Shown here piece after piece: positions 1-9,335 of a stretch of DNA of 26,970 bases (position 1 is the stretch's first letter; every line of letters starts with the position of its first letter). This DNA comes from a virus (taxonomy: Duplodnaviria > Caudoviricetes), in IMG/VR virus record IMGVR_UViG_3300020368_000006, positions 1 to 26,970 of that record; one strand, 5' to 3'. Under the pieces are notes generated by a model. It saw nothing but the letters and a program-made list of their open reading frames with translations, made no database searches and was not told where the DNA came from. The position numbers and the translations under genes are program-made.

Positions 1-2
1 GG

Positions 3-146
3 CAAAAGCTTATAATTGGTTTTAAAAGATCAGTAGACTACAGGCCAAGATTTCCTTTTTATACTATTGCTGCAAACTTTACAAAGAATATGTTTGATAG
101 GAACTTTACTAAAGCTTTTATTAGAGCAGTTAGGAGTAGTCGCTAA
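3..146 (+). CDS. 3' end of a gene truncated by the window start; possibly a gpZ-like tail completion/minor tail protein
   Basis: Own translation from base 3: QKLIIGFKRSVDYRPRFPFYTIAANFTKNMFDRNFTKAFIRAVRSSR*, stop TAA 144-146. The YRPRFPFY...F...A ending resembles proteins found just upstream of terS in this phage type. Confidence 0.55.
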   Translation, partial: QKLIIGFKRSVDYRPRFPFYTIAANFTKNMFDRNFTKAFIRAVRSSR

Positions 147-150
147 TGCG

Positions 151-203
151 TAGGTACTTCCTAGCGTTGCATCGTGGGTTATTCGCGACTGCAGTTTTTT
201 TTT
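151..203 (+). other. Candidate cos/packaging site; also folds like an intrinsic terminator
   Basis: GC-richer intergenic tract just upstream of terS. GGTACTTCC and TCGTGGGTTATTCGCG resemble lambda GGGTCCTTTCC (cosQ region) and TCGCGGGTTTTCGC (right of cosN). Imperfect dyad 168-193 followed by T9 (195-203). Confidence 0.5.
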
Positions 204-240
204 AGCGATAGTTGTTATGCATTTACTGAATTTATAACTT

Positions 241-741
241 ATGGCAACGCAAAGAGAGGTATCAAAACATCTTGGTTTATCTGTTGCAAGTATCTCTGAA
301 TTGATCAAAAAAGGCGTATTACCATCCAAAAGAGGACGTTCACCGCTTGATATAGACGTTTGTAGGCATTCTTATATAGGATATTTACGTAAATTAGCAG
401 GTTATCACAAAAAAAGCGGATCAGGAGACATTGCAGAGGAGAAAACAAGACTTACAAAGGCTCAAGCAGACAAAGCAGAGCTAGAAGTGTCAGAATTAGA
501 GGGCAAACTCATACCTGCAACCTTAGTTCAAGATACTTGGGTTGATTTTGTTGCAAATGTTAGAGCAAAGCTGCTTGGTATGCCTTCAAGACTTGCACAT
601 CAAATGATTGCAACTGAAGATTATGCAGAAGCTGAAAAATTACTAAAAGATTGTGTATATGATGCACTTAATGAACTAGCAGAAGATGGAATACCTACAG
701 AATATGCAGGACGTGTTGAAAAACACGATGCAGACGTTTAG
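241..741 (+). CDS. terS: Terminase small subunit (Nu1-like)
   Basis: N-terminal winged-HTH pattern (TQREVSKHLGLSVASISELIKKGVLP), coiled coil EKTRLTKAQADKAELE...EGKLI, directly upstream of terL. Confidence 0.9.
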   Translation: MATQREVSKHLGLSVASISELIKKGVLPSKRGRSPLDIDVCRHSYIGYLRKLAGYHKKSGSGDIAEEKTRLTKAQADKAELEVSELEGKLIPATLVQDTWVDFVANVRAKLLGMPSRLAHQMIATEDYAEAEKLLKDCVYDALNELAEDGIPTEYAGRVEKHDADV

Positions 742-2506
742 ACCTCCGCCTGAATTAAAAGTTTCAGAGTGGTCAGATAGATATAGAAAACTATCACCCG
801 AATCTTCAGCAGAATCAGGTCAATGGTCAACCTCAAGATGTCCTTATCAAAAAGAGATTATGGATTCTTTTAACGATCCTTTTATTGAAAGAATTGTAGT
901 AATGACTTCATCGCAAGTTGGTAAGACTGAAATACTACTTAATGCTATTGGCTACTACATTGATCAAGATGCTTCCCCAATCCTCGTAGTACAACCAACA
1001 TTGCAAATGGGACAAGCATTTAGTAAAGATAGATTATCAGCAATGATACGAGATAGTGAAAAGTTAAAAGGATGTGTTAAAGATGCAAGAAGTAGAGATA
1101 GTGGTAATACCACAATGCATAAGAAGTTTGCAGGTGGTCATATATCAATAGTTGGCTCAAATAGTGCAAGCGGTCTAGCATCAAGACCAATCAGAATATT
1201 GCTTATGGATGAAGTTGATAGGTATGAGCTATCAGCAGGATCAGAAGGATCACCTATCGCACTTGCTATTGCTAGAACAAAAACATTTTGGAATCGCAAG
1301 ATTTTTATGTGTAGCACTCCAACTATAAAAGGTTTATCTGCAATTGAATCTGCTTTTGAAGAATCAGATCAACGCTACTACTATGTACCTTGTCCTGAAT
1401 GTAATAAAAAACAAGTTTTAAAATGGAAGAATGTAGTATGGGAAGAAAACAAGCCTGAAACAGCTTCTTATGCTTGCGATCATTGTGGATCAGTTATTGA
1501 GGAATCAAAAAAACAATGGATGCTAAAACATGGTGAGTGGCGTGCAACAAAAGAAACAGAAAACACAGCAGGCTTTCATATATCAGAGCTTTATAGTGTT
1601 TGGTCTACTTGGGGACAAATGGCAACTGCATTTTTAGAAGCTAAAAAGAATCCTGAAACTTTAAAAACATATTTGAATACTTCATTAGCTGAAAGTTGGG
1701 AAGAGCAAGGAGATTCTGTGGAGTATGACACTTTACTTGAGAGAAGATTGAACTACGATCACACCACAATTCCAGAAGATGTATTAGCAATAACTGTTGG
1801 AGTTGATACACAAAAAGATAGACTTGAACTGCAATGCGTAGGTTGGGGTAAAAACTATGAAGCTTGGGTTATTGATTACAAAATATTATGGGGTGATCCC
1901 AATGCTCTTGGATGTTGGAATGATCTTGATGCATATTTGAAGAAAAGATTTAAAACTGAATCAGGAAGATACATACCTATATCTTGTACTTGCATTGATT
2001 CAGGTGGATTACATACTAATCAGGTTTACGCCTTTACCAAACCAAGACAAGCAAGACGAGTGTTTGCTATTAAAGGTGCAAGCATACAGGGCAAGCCTAT
2101 TGTCAACCGACCAAGTTATGTAGGTAAAAACAAAGCTGTTCTCTACACACTTGGAGTTGATACAGCAAAAGAAGCAATCTTTAATAGATTAGCTGCTGAA
2201 CCTGAAGATTCTACTTTACATTTTTGTTTAGATTTAGATGAAGAATATTTTAAACAGCTTACAAGTGAAAAACGTATAACTAAATGGGTAAGAGGTAAAA
2301 AACAGCTAGTTTGGAAGCAGATAGGTAAAAGAAACGAAGCTCTTGATACGTTAGTTTATAATTTTGGTGCTATCTACATATTAAATCCAAATTTTGATGT
2401 TATAGAACAAAAGATATTAGGTCAAGGTACAACAAAGTCTAAAAAGCCTAAAAATCCAAACAAAATAAACATAAAAAGAGGTAATTTTGCTACTAATTGG
2501 AAGTAA
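686..2506 (+). CDS. terL: Terminase large subunit, lambda GpA family
   Basis: Walker A-like SSQVGKTE, Walker B LLMDEVD, coupling motif STPT, CPEC/CDHC zinc motifs, nuclease motifs GVDTQ, CIDSGG and RNEALD. The start could be 704. Confidence 0.97.
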   Translation: MEYLQNMQDVLKNTMQTFRPPPELKVSEWSDRYRKLSPESSAESGQWSTSRCPYQKEIMDSFNDPFIERIVVMTSSQVGKTEILLNAIGYYIDQDASPILVVQPTLQMGQAFSKDRLSAMIRDSEKLKGCVKDARSRDSGNTTMHKKFAGGHISIVGSNSASGLASRPIRILLMDEVDRYELSAGSEGSPIALAIARTKTFWNRKIFMCSTPTIKGLSAIESAFEESDQRYYYVPCPECNKKQVLKWKNVVWEENKPETASYACDHCGSVIEESKKQWMLKHGEWRATKETENTAGFHISELYSVWSTWGQMATAFLEAKKNPETLKTYLNTSLAESWEEQGDSVEYDTLLERRLNYDHTTIPEDVLAITVGVDTQKDRLELQCVGWGKNYEAWVIDYKILWGDPNALGCWNDLDAYLKKRFKTESGRYIPISCTCIDSGGLHTNQVYAFTKPRQARRVFAIKGASIQGKPIVNRPSYVGKNKAVLYTLGVDTAKEAIFNRLAAEPEDSTLHFCLDLDEEYFKQLTSEKRITKWVRGKKQLVWKQIGKRNEALDTLVYNFGAIYILNPNFDVIEQKILGQGTTKSKKPKNPNKINIKRGNFATNWK

Positions 2507-2509
2507 ATA

Positions 2510-2537
2510 TTGACAAAAACAAAATGGTTCATAGTGT
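2510..2537 (+). promoter_or_regulatory. Putative sigma70-type promoter for the head/tail operon
   Basis: TTGACA (2510-2515), 16-nt spacer, TAGTGT (2532-2537), in the gap between terL and the adaptor gene. Confidence 0.5.
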
Positions 2538-2573
2538 TATATGTAGGTGTATCTATAACATTTATGAGGATTA

Positions 2574-3203
2574 TTGTTGACTAACAGATTCGATAGAACA
2601 AATTATCCAACTGCCGAACCTGCAAAACTAGTTGCAGGCGATAGATTTACATGGAGAAGAGACGATTTAGCAAATGATTACCCTGTTGGTACTTTTGCTT
2701 TAACGTATGAGTTCCATGAAGATAGCGGTGGTGGTGGTAATAAGAAGTTTACAATTACTGCAACTGAAGCAGATAGCACCTATTACATAGAGGTTGGTTC
2801 ATCAACCACAGCAAGTTATGAAACAGGCGACTATATTTGGGAAGCCTACATAACGAGGAGTGCTGATTCCGAAAGAATTATGGTTGATTCAGGAAGAACT
2901 GAAATCACAACCAATCTTGCTAACACAAACGCTGATTTAAGAAGTCACGCAAAAAAAGTTCTTGATGCTATTGAAAATGTTTTAGAAGGAAGAGCAACAA
3001 TAGATCAAGCATCTATGTCTATTGCAGGCAGATCACTTTCAAGAACTCCAATACCTGATTTGATGGAGTTAAGAGATAGATACAAAACAGAGTATTTAAA
3101 AGAAATAAAACTAGCTAGAATCAGGAACAAACAAGGATCAGGCAATACTATTAAAGTTAAGTTTGGTCAAACGTCAACTATAAATCCAACAGACTATACA
3201 TAA
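2574..3203 (+). CDS. Head-tail adaptor/head completion protein (gpW-like C-terminus with N-terminal beta-rich extension)
   Basis: Between terL and portal. C-terminal LDAIENVLEG...SMSIAGRSLSR...LMELRDRY is gpW-like. TTG start after a GAGGA RBS. Confidence 0.7.
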   Translation: MLTNRFDRTNYPTAEPAKLVAGDRFTWRRDDLANDYPVGTFALTYEFHEDSGGGGNKKFTITATEADSTYYIEVGSSTTASYETGDYIWEAYITRSADSERIMVDSGRTEITTNLANTNADLRSHAKKVLDAIENVLEGRATIDQASMSIAGRSLSRTPIPDLMELRDRYKTEYLKEIKLARIRNKQGSGNTIKVKFGQTSTINPTDYT

Positions 3204-4693
3204 TGGCTTGGTACGATAATTTATTAGGCAATAACAAAAAGAAAGCTAAAAAAAGAGCTTTCAAAAGAAGTTATCAAGGTGCAAACACAGGAAGATTGTT
3301 TGCAGACTTTTTAACCACTTCAACAAGTGCCGATGCAGAAGTCAAAGACAACCTTAGAATCCTAAGAGATCGAGGTCGAGAGTTAGCTCGCAACGATGCA
3401 TATATCTCAAGATACCTTAACCTGATGGTATCGAATGTCATTGGCAAGCAAGGCGTAAGAGTAAGCTCCAAGTCTTACAATGATGATAGATCATTGGACT
3501 TAGGAGCTAACCTGCTGATTGAAAGAGCATGGAAGGAATGGACACAGTTAGGTAACTGTACTGCAAATGGCAGATTGTCATTCTTAGACTGTCAAAAAAT
3601 ATTTATTGAAACTTTGCTTAGAGATGGTGAAGTACTAGCTAGAAAAATAAAAACAACAGATTCAGATTTTGGTTTCCAGATACAGTTCTTAGAAGCAGAT
3701 CATTTAGACGAACAAAAAAACGATAATACTTTACCCAATGGAAGAAGTATCAAGATGGGTGTTGAGGTTGATAGAAACGATAGACCTATTGCCTATCATT
3801 TATTTAAAAAACATCCTTACGGAAACACCTATCCTAAACCTGCTCAAGAATATATTAGAGTACCTGCTGAAGAAATAATACACGCATACTTACCTAACAG
3901 AGCAGAGCAAACAAGAGGTGTATCTTTTATTGCACCTGTGATGGCAAACGTAAAACAATTAAACGCTTATCTTGAAGCTGAGATAGTAGCTGCAAGAGTA
4001 GGTGCATCTAAACAAGGCTTCTTTATTTCTCCAGACGGAGATGGCTACGTGGGAGATGGCGATTATGAAGATACTTTTAATCCTACAATGACTGCTCAAG
4101 CAGGTGTATTTGAACAGTTGCCAGCAGGTATGGATTTCAAAGCTTTTGATCCATCTCATCCAAATTCTGCTTTTGATTCTTTTACAACTAGCGTATTAAG
4201 AAGTATCGCAAGTGGTCTTAATATTTCATACCATTCATTATCAAACGATCTTAGTTCAGTCAATTATTCGTCAATCCGTCAGGGTGCATTGGAAGATAGA
4301 AGTGCTTATCAGATAATGCAACAGTTTATAATTGAACATTTTATTGATCCTGTTTTTAAGTCTTGGTTAGAAATGGCTATGTCAACAGGTTACATCAATC
4401 TTCCGATGGGTAAGTTTGATAAGTTTGCTAGAGGTATAACTTATATACCAAGATCATTCTCACACATTGATCCACTAAAAGAGATGCAAGCAAACGTCAT
4501 AGGATTACAAAATGGTACAACAACCTATAGTGATATTTCTTCTGCTTTTGGCAGAGATGTTGAAGAACTATTTGAACAACATCAAAAAGAAATAGCACTA
4601 GCAGAACAGTATGGCATTGAGATAGCTTATCAACCTTTTGGTCAAAAGATGCCAGTTGAAGCTAACATACAAGGTGGATCAGACGATGAGTAA
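3203..4693 (+). CDS. Portal protein, lambda family
   Basis: LRDRGRELARND, DGEV, GVEVD...PIAYH, QTRGVS, DLSSVNYSSIRQG and IDPLKE motifs; 496 aa. Confidence 0.96.
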   Translation: MAWYDNLLGNNKKKAKKRAFKRSYQGANTGRLFADFLTTSTSADAEVKDNLRILRDRGRELARNDAYISRYLNLMVSNVIGKQGVRVSSKSYNDDRSLDLGANLLIERAWKEWTQLGNCTANGRLSFLDCQKIFIETLLRDGEVLARKIKTTDSDFGFQIQFLEADHLDEQKNDNTLPNGRSIKMGVEVDRNDRPIAYHLFKKHPYGNTYPKPAQEYIRVPAEEIIHAYLPNRAEQTRGVSFIAPVMANVKQLNAYLEAEIVAARVGASKQGFFISPDGDGYVGDGDYEDTFNPTMTAQAGVFEQLPAGMDFKAFDPSHPNSAFDSFTTSVLRSIASGLNISYHSLSNDLSSVNYSSIRQGALEDRSAYQIMQQFIIEHFIDPVFKSWLEMAMSTGYINLPMGKFDKFARGITYIPRSFSHIDPLKEMQANVIGLQNGTTTYSDISSAFGRDVEELFEQHQKEIALAEQYGIEIAYQPFGQKMPVEANIQGGSDDE

Positions 4694-7379
4694 ACATAAC
4701 TTAACTGATTTTCCAACAAAGGGCGAAGATAAAAAAATATCACTACGCAACTCTAACTATCCTCAATTTGATTATAATTTTATTGCAGGTGTAAAAGAAA
4801 ACGATAATGATATTTATAAAGCAGGTGGCAATATTAGAGGTAATGAATCTTTTAATTTATGGACAAAAGCAAGAGCAGGAGAAGAAACCGATGGTGTTTT
4901 AGATTGGATTAAAGAGAGAGAAGCTTGGGCAGCAAGACATTTTGAAGATGGATCACAGTTTAAATCAGGAGATAAAGCAGGTCGACCATCAAACATTGCA
5001 GGCGTGATTGCACAAATGAAGTGGGGTGTTATAGGAACATTAGGAGAACAAAAAATGAAAGATGTTGTTTTAGAAGCAATTAAATATACAGAACAAAAAG
5101 AATCAGGATCAGCAAGTCAAGCCCAACAAGATAGACAAGTATCTGATGCTGTTGAAAAAGGTCTTAGAGAAAAAGTAGAAAAACATAATGAAGAAGTTAA
5201 TAATGTAGCTTCTAAAAGAACAACTTATAGAACACTTCTTGCAGTCTTTGAAAGAGGTATTGGTGCTTATAATACTAATCCTGCTTCAGTAAGACCTAAT
5301 GTAAGCTCACCTGAACAATGGGCGTACGCAAGAGTTAACTCCTTCCTTTTTGTTTTACGAAATGGAAGGTTTCAAGGTGGGAAGCATGATACTGATCTGC
5401 TTCCTGAATCACATCCTTTATCAAGCAAAGAGGAGAAATCTATGGAAGATAAACAGGATAGGCATATCCTCAATGTAAGCGAAACCGATGATAAAGTTGT
5501 TGTCGAGTTTGCAAAGCATCACGAGGATGAAGAAGAAGGCGAAGAAATGGAAATGACTGAGGAATCAAGACCTTACCATGATGAAGATGAAGAAGAAAAA
5601 GATAGGAAAGTAGTTAACTTAAAAGTTAATTACAGAACTGTTGATCTTACTAAAGCTCATCATATAGACGAGGAAAAAAGATTGGTTCGTGTAGGCGTTT
5701 CTAGCGAAGAGCCTGTAGAGAGAAGTTTTGGAATGGAAGTTCTGGGACACTCAGAAGATGAAATAAACATGGAGTTTATGAAGTCTGGAAGAGCGCCACT
5801 TTTGTTAAATCACGATATGACAAAACAAATTGGTGTTATTGAAGAATTTAAACTTGATCAGACTGCTAACAGAACAATAGCAGTAGTAAGATTTGGTCGA
5901 TCTGCTTTAGCTGAAGAAGTTTTTAGAGATGTACTTGATGGTATACGCATGAATATCAGCGTAGGCTATCGAGTTGATAAATTAACAAGAATGAAAGACA
6001 AAGACGAAGATTACTACAGAGCTAGTTGGACACCGCTTGAGGTTTCAAGTGTAGCTGTGCCAGCTGATTCTTCACGCAAAGTCGGAGTTGGACGTTCAAA
6101 AAAAATTGCTGAAAAAGCAAAGGTACAAATTATGTCAAACGAAAAACAAGAAATTAATCTTGATGAAGTTAGATCAGAAAGTGCTGAAGCTGCTAAAAAA
6201 GAATTTGCAAGAAACTCAAAAGAGATTCTTGATTTAGCTGTTAAGCACAATAAAAGAGACCTAGCACATCAAGCTATTTCTGAAGGCAAATCTGTTGAAG
6301 AATTTAGAGGTATTTTATTAGACAACATTTCTAATGATACTCCTTTAGAAACTCCAAAAGATATTGGTCTTTCAGAAAAAGAAACAAAAAGATTTAGCAT
6401 CTTAAGAGCTATCAATGCTATGGCTAACCCTACAGATAGGAAAGCTCAAGAAAATGCTAAATTTGAATTTGAAGCTTCTGAAGCTGCGCAAAGATCATAC
6501 GGCACAACTGCTCAAGGTCTTATGCTTCCTTCTGAAGTTTTAAGAAACTGGAATCAAAGAGATTTATCAGCAGGTTCAGATGGCGACCTAATCGGTCAAG
6601 ATTACAGAGCAGGCGATTTTATTGATGTTCTTAGAAACAATTCTGCTGTTATGCCACTAGCAACTATGCTAAATGGTCTATCAGGCGATGTTAAGATTCC
6701 TAGAAAAACTGCTGCTTCTTCTGCTGCTTTCATTAGTTCAGAAGGCGGAGCTGCAGGTGAATCTGAGTTAACAGTTGGTAATGTAAGTATGTCTCCTAAG
6801 TCATTAGGTGCGTTTACAGACATTACTAGACAACTTATGATTCAATCATCAATCGATGTTGAAAATCTAGTTAGAAACGATCTAGCTGCTTCAATGGCTA
6901 TTGCTATTGATGATGCTGCATTAGAAGGATCAGGAAGTTCAGGTAATCCAACAGGTATTACTAACACTTCAGGAATTAACACAGTATCACTTTCAAGTGC
7001 TGCTGCTCCTACCTTCGCAGAGCTTGTAAGTATGGAAACAGCAATTAGAGTAGATAATGCTTTACTTGGTGATCTAGCTTATATAGTGCATCCATCTAAC
7101 TATGGAACATTAAAAACTACTGAAAAAGCAACCAATACAGCTCAGTTTGTTGCTGTTAATGATGAGATCAATGGCTATAGTGCTGTTGTATCTCCACAGT
7201 TAACTGCAAACAATTATGTGTTTGGTAACTTTAGTGACTTACTTATTGGAATGTTTGGAGGGTTGGACATAACAGTTGATCCTTTCAGTCAGTCAAGTAC
7301 AGGTACAGTTAGAATTGTTGCTTTACAATCAGTTGATGTAGCTGTAAGACACGCTGTGTCTTTCTGTGCTGCTTCATAA
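4686..7379 (+). CDS. Capsid polyprotein: N-terminal accessory domains + HK97-type prohead protease + HK97-fold major capsid protein (897 aa)
   Basis: ATG 4686 overlaps the portal end. Protease motifs PLLLNHD, NISVGY and EVSSVAVPAD (about 5630-6095). Capsid motifs GSGSSGNPTGI, FGNFSDL and DVAVRHAVSF (6132-7379). No stop codon between the modules. Confidence 0.93.
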   Translation: MSKHNLTDFPTKGEDKKISLRNSNYPQFDYNFIAGVKENDNDIYKAGGNIRGNESFNLWTKARAGEETDGVLDWIKEREAWAARHFEDGSQFKSGDKAGRPSNIAGVIAQMKWGVIGTLGEQKMKDVVLEAIKYTEQKESGSASQAQQDRQVSDAVEKGLREKVEKHNEEVNNVASKRTTYRTLLAVFERGIGAYNTNPASVRPNVSSPEQWAYARVNSFLFVLRNGRFQGGKHDTDLLPESHPLSSKEEKSMEDKQDRHILNVSETDDKVVVEFAKHHEDEEEGEEMEMTEESRPYHDEDEEEKDRKVVNLKVNYRTVDLTKAHHIDEEKRLVRVGVSSEEPVERSFGMEVLGHSEDEINMEFMKSGRAPLLLNHDMTKQIGVIEEFKLDQTANRTIAVVRFGRSALAEEVFRDVLDGIRMNISVGYRVDKLTRMKDKDEDYYRASWTPLEVSSVAVPADSSRKVGVGRSKKIAEKAKVQIMSNEKQEINLDEVRSESAEAAKKEFARNSKEILDLAVKHNKRDLAHQAISEGKSVEEFRGILLDNISNDTPLETPKDIGLSEKETKRFSILRAINAMANPTDRKAQENAKFEFEASEAAQRSYGTTAQGLMLPSEVLRNWNQRDLSAGSDGDLIGQDYRAGDFIDVLRNNSAVMPLATMLNGLSGDVKIPRKTAASSAAFISSEGGAAGESELTVGNVSMSPKSLGAFTDITRQLMIQSSIDVENLVRNDLAASMAIAIDDAALEGSGSSGNPTGITNTSGINTVSLSSAAAPTFAELVSMETAIRVDNALLGDLAYIVHPSNYGTLKTTEKATNTAQFVAVNDEINGYSAVVSPQLTANNYVFGNFSDLLIGMFGGLDITVDPFSQSSTGTVRIVALQSVDVAVRHAVSFCAAS

Positions 7380-7405
7380 TTGAGTGGTTTTAACGACTAA
7401 CAAAA

Positions 7406-7427
7406 TGGGTGGCTTAATTGCCACCCA
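7406..7427 (+). terminator. Stem-loop after the capsid gene (weak terminator or mRNA-stabilising hairpin)
   Basis: TGGGTGGC-TTAATT-GCCACCCA, a perfect 8-bp stem with no U-tract downstream. Confidence 0.55.
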
Positions 7428-7446
7428 ACTTAGAAAAGGTGGGTAT

Positions 7447-7656
7447 ATGAAATATTTAATACTAAGCGACACAGTTGCTAACAAACAAAAAGTAAAAGCA
7501 GGTGATGTTGTTGAGCTTCCTGTTGATGAAGGAAGATCATTGATTGGTTATGGTAAAGCTGAAGAATACAAAGGCAAGCCAAAGAAAGAAACTAATAGAA
7601 GCGTAGGATTAGAAAAATCTGAAACTCCTAAACCTAAGAAAAGAAGTAAAAAATAA
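7447..7656 (+). CDS. Small basic protein following the capsid gene (69 aa)
   Basis: ATG 7447 after AAGGTGGG. KAGDVVEL...LIGYGKA motif plus a Lys-rich tail, typical of post-capsid ORFs. Confidence 0.75.
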   Translation: MKYLILSDTVANKQKVKAGDVVELPVDEGRSLIGYGKAEEYKGKPKKETNRSVGLEKSETPKPKKRSKK

Positions 7657-8003
7657 TGGCAATTGAGTTTGATAGAGATTTCAATGGTTATCTTGATGCA
7701 GATTTTGGTCATGGTATGACTGTGACTTATACTCCCCAAGGTGGCTCTGGAAGTTCTATCAAAATTATATTGGAACAAGAATATTTTGGGATTGATGTAG
7801 GAACTGTAGATGTTGAGGGTTTTCAACCTATAGCATTTTGCAAAACAACAGACGTTCCGACTGTAGCTCATGGAGATAGCATTGTTGCTCCTGCATATAA
7901 AAATTTAGATGGCACTACTATCAAAGCAGGTGCAACTTATAAAGTTGTTAACGTGCAACCAGACAACACAGGTTTTACGCAACTTATGTTAGAGGAACAA
8001 TAA
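7656..8003 (+). CDS. Head-tail joining protein (gpFII-like)
   Basis: Position, 115 aa, beta-rich; C-terminal YKVVNVQPDNTGFTQLML. Confidence 0.75.
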   Translation: MAIEFDRDFNGYLDADFGHGMTVTYTPQGGSGSSIKIILEQEYFGIDVGTVDVEGFQPIAFCKTTDVPTVAHGDSIVAPAYKNLDGTTIKAGATYKVVNVQPDNTGFTQLMLEEQ

Positions 8004-8449
8004 TGGCAAATCATGTTCGACAACAAATTCGTGAAAGAGTTGGAACTGTACTTACAGGTTTAACATCAACAGCATCAAGAGTTTATGAGAGTAGAGTTTA
8101 TCCTTTACAGGATTCTGAATTACCTGCTCTTTTAATTTATACAAAATCAGAAGATTCTTTACCTTTAGTTATGCATACTGATAGGGTAATGGAGAGAGAA
8201 TTATCATTAGTGGTTGAATGTTATGCAAAAGCAAATTCCAACTTTGATGATACTATTGATACAATAAGCAAGGAAGTTGAAGAAGCTATAGCTGCTGATA
8301 CAACTCTTAACAGTTTGGCTAAAGATATTTTTATTCAGTCAACTGAAATTGAGTTTAATGCAGAGGGCGAAAGTCCTGTTGGCTATGCAACTTTAACATT
8401 TTTAACAACATACCATGTTAAGGAAACCAATCCTGATGTGGCAGTTTAA
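8003..8449 (+). CDS. Tail terminator protein (gpU-like)
   Basis: HVRQQIRE, RVYESRVYP, LPALLIY and EVEEAIAAD motifs; upstream of the tail tube gene. Confidence 0.75.
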   Translation: MANHVRQQIRERVGTVLTGLTSTASRVYESRVYPLQDSELPALLIYTKSEDSLPLVMHTDRVMERELSLVVECYAKANSNFDDTIDTISKEVEEAIAADTTLNSLAKDIFIQSTEIEFNAEGESPVGYATLTFLTTYHVKETNPDVAV

Positions 8450-8461
8450 TGAGGAAAAATT

Positions 8462-8608
8462 ATGAAGTTAATTAGTCCAAATGGCAAAAGTTCTATAGAT
8501 GCTCACCCAGATTCGGTTGAGTATTTATTGAGTAAGGGTTGGAAGGAAGAAGCAATCCCATCGAAAGATAAAGTTAAATCTTCTTCTAAAACTAAAAACG
8601 AGGAATAA
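8462..8608 (+). CDS. Small hypothetical protein (48 aa; not in the ORF track)
   Basis: GAGGA RBS; MKLISPNGKSSIDAHPDSVEYLLSKGWKEEAIPSKDKVKSSSKTKNEE* fills the gap exactly. Confidence 0.75.
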   Translation: MKLISPNGKSSIDAHPDSVEYLLSKGWKEEAIPSKDKVKSSSKTKNEE

Positions 8609-8610
8609 CT

Positions 8611-9000
8611 ATGGCAACTCACTTAGGAAAAGAAGGTACTGTACAAGTTGGTTCTAACTCTATTGCTGAAATAAGAAGTTTTAGTATTGATGAATCTATT
8701 GATGTGGTTGAAGATACATCTATGGGTGATTCATCAAAGACGTACTTAGCTTCTATTAAAGACTTCAGTGGATCAGTTGATGTTTTATATGATGAAACTG
8801 ATACTAACGGACAAACAGCTTTATCTGTAGGTTCATCCATAACACTTAATTTTGCTCCAGAAGGAACAACAAGTGGCGATGTAAAACTTACAGGAACAGC
8901 AATTGTTACAGGTAAATCTGTATCATCTTCTTTTGATGGTTTAGTAGAATCTACTATTACTGTTCAAGGAACAGGTGGCTTAACAACAGGCACTTATTAA
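8611..9000 (+). CDS. Major tail tube protein
   Basis: 129 aa, strong RBS; EDTSMGD...YLASIKDFSGS and C-terminal ITVQGTGGL; precedes the chaperone and tape measure. Confidence 0.85.
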   Translation: MATHLGKEGTVQVGSNSIAEIRSFSIDESIDVVEDTSMGDSSKTYLASIKDFSGSVDVLYDETDTNGQTALSVGSSITLNFAPEGTTSGDVKLTGTAIVTGKSVSSSFDGLVESTITVQGTGGLTTGTY

Positions 9001-9335
9001 TGTCAGTTATAGATAAAGCCAAACAACATTTTAGCGGTCAAGATATCACTAAAATTGCAGTTCCTGAATGGGGAGATGAAAATGAGCCTTTATATATTTA
9101 CAGTAAGCCATTATCACTAGGAGAAACCTCTAAGCTATATAAGCTTAGCAGAGAGGATGATCTTACGATGATGGCTTATGTGCTAATTTATAAAGCTCTT
9201 GATGCCGATGGCAATAAGTTATTTGACATTGGTAATAAGAATGATTTGCTTAATAATGTAGATAGAGAAGTATTGATGCGAGTAGCACAACAAATAATGG
9301 GGCAAGAGCCTATTGAGGATGTCAAAAAAAAGTAA
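9000..9335 (+). CDS. Tail assembly chaperone (gpG-like)
   Basis: VPEWG and DADGNKLF motifs; ends in a slippery A-run just before its stop. Confidence 0.85.
   Translation: MSVIDKAKQHFSGQDITKIAVPEWGDENEPLYIYSKPLSLGETSKLYKLSREDDLTMMAYVLIYKALDADGNKLFDIGNKNDLLNNVDREVLMRVAQQIMGQEPIEDVKKK
9326..9332 (+). promoter_or_regulatory. Programmed -1 ribosomal frameshift site (A AAA AAG)
   Basis: GTC AAA AAA AAG TAA; the -1 frame stays open to 9478. Confidence 0.85.

Noticed and set aside
4638-4685. Longer ORF-track starts (4638, and likewise 7384, 18773, 19229, 20756)
   Set aside because: Downstream ATGs (4686, 7447, 18830, 19262, 20783) fit RBS position or gene overlaps better.
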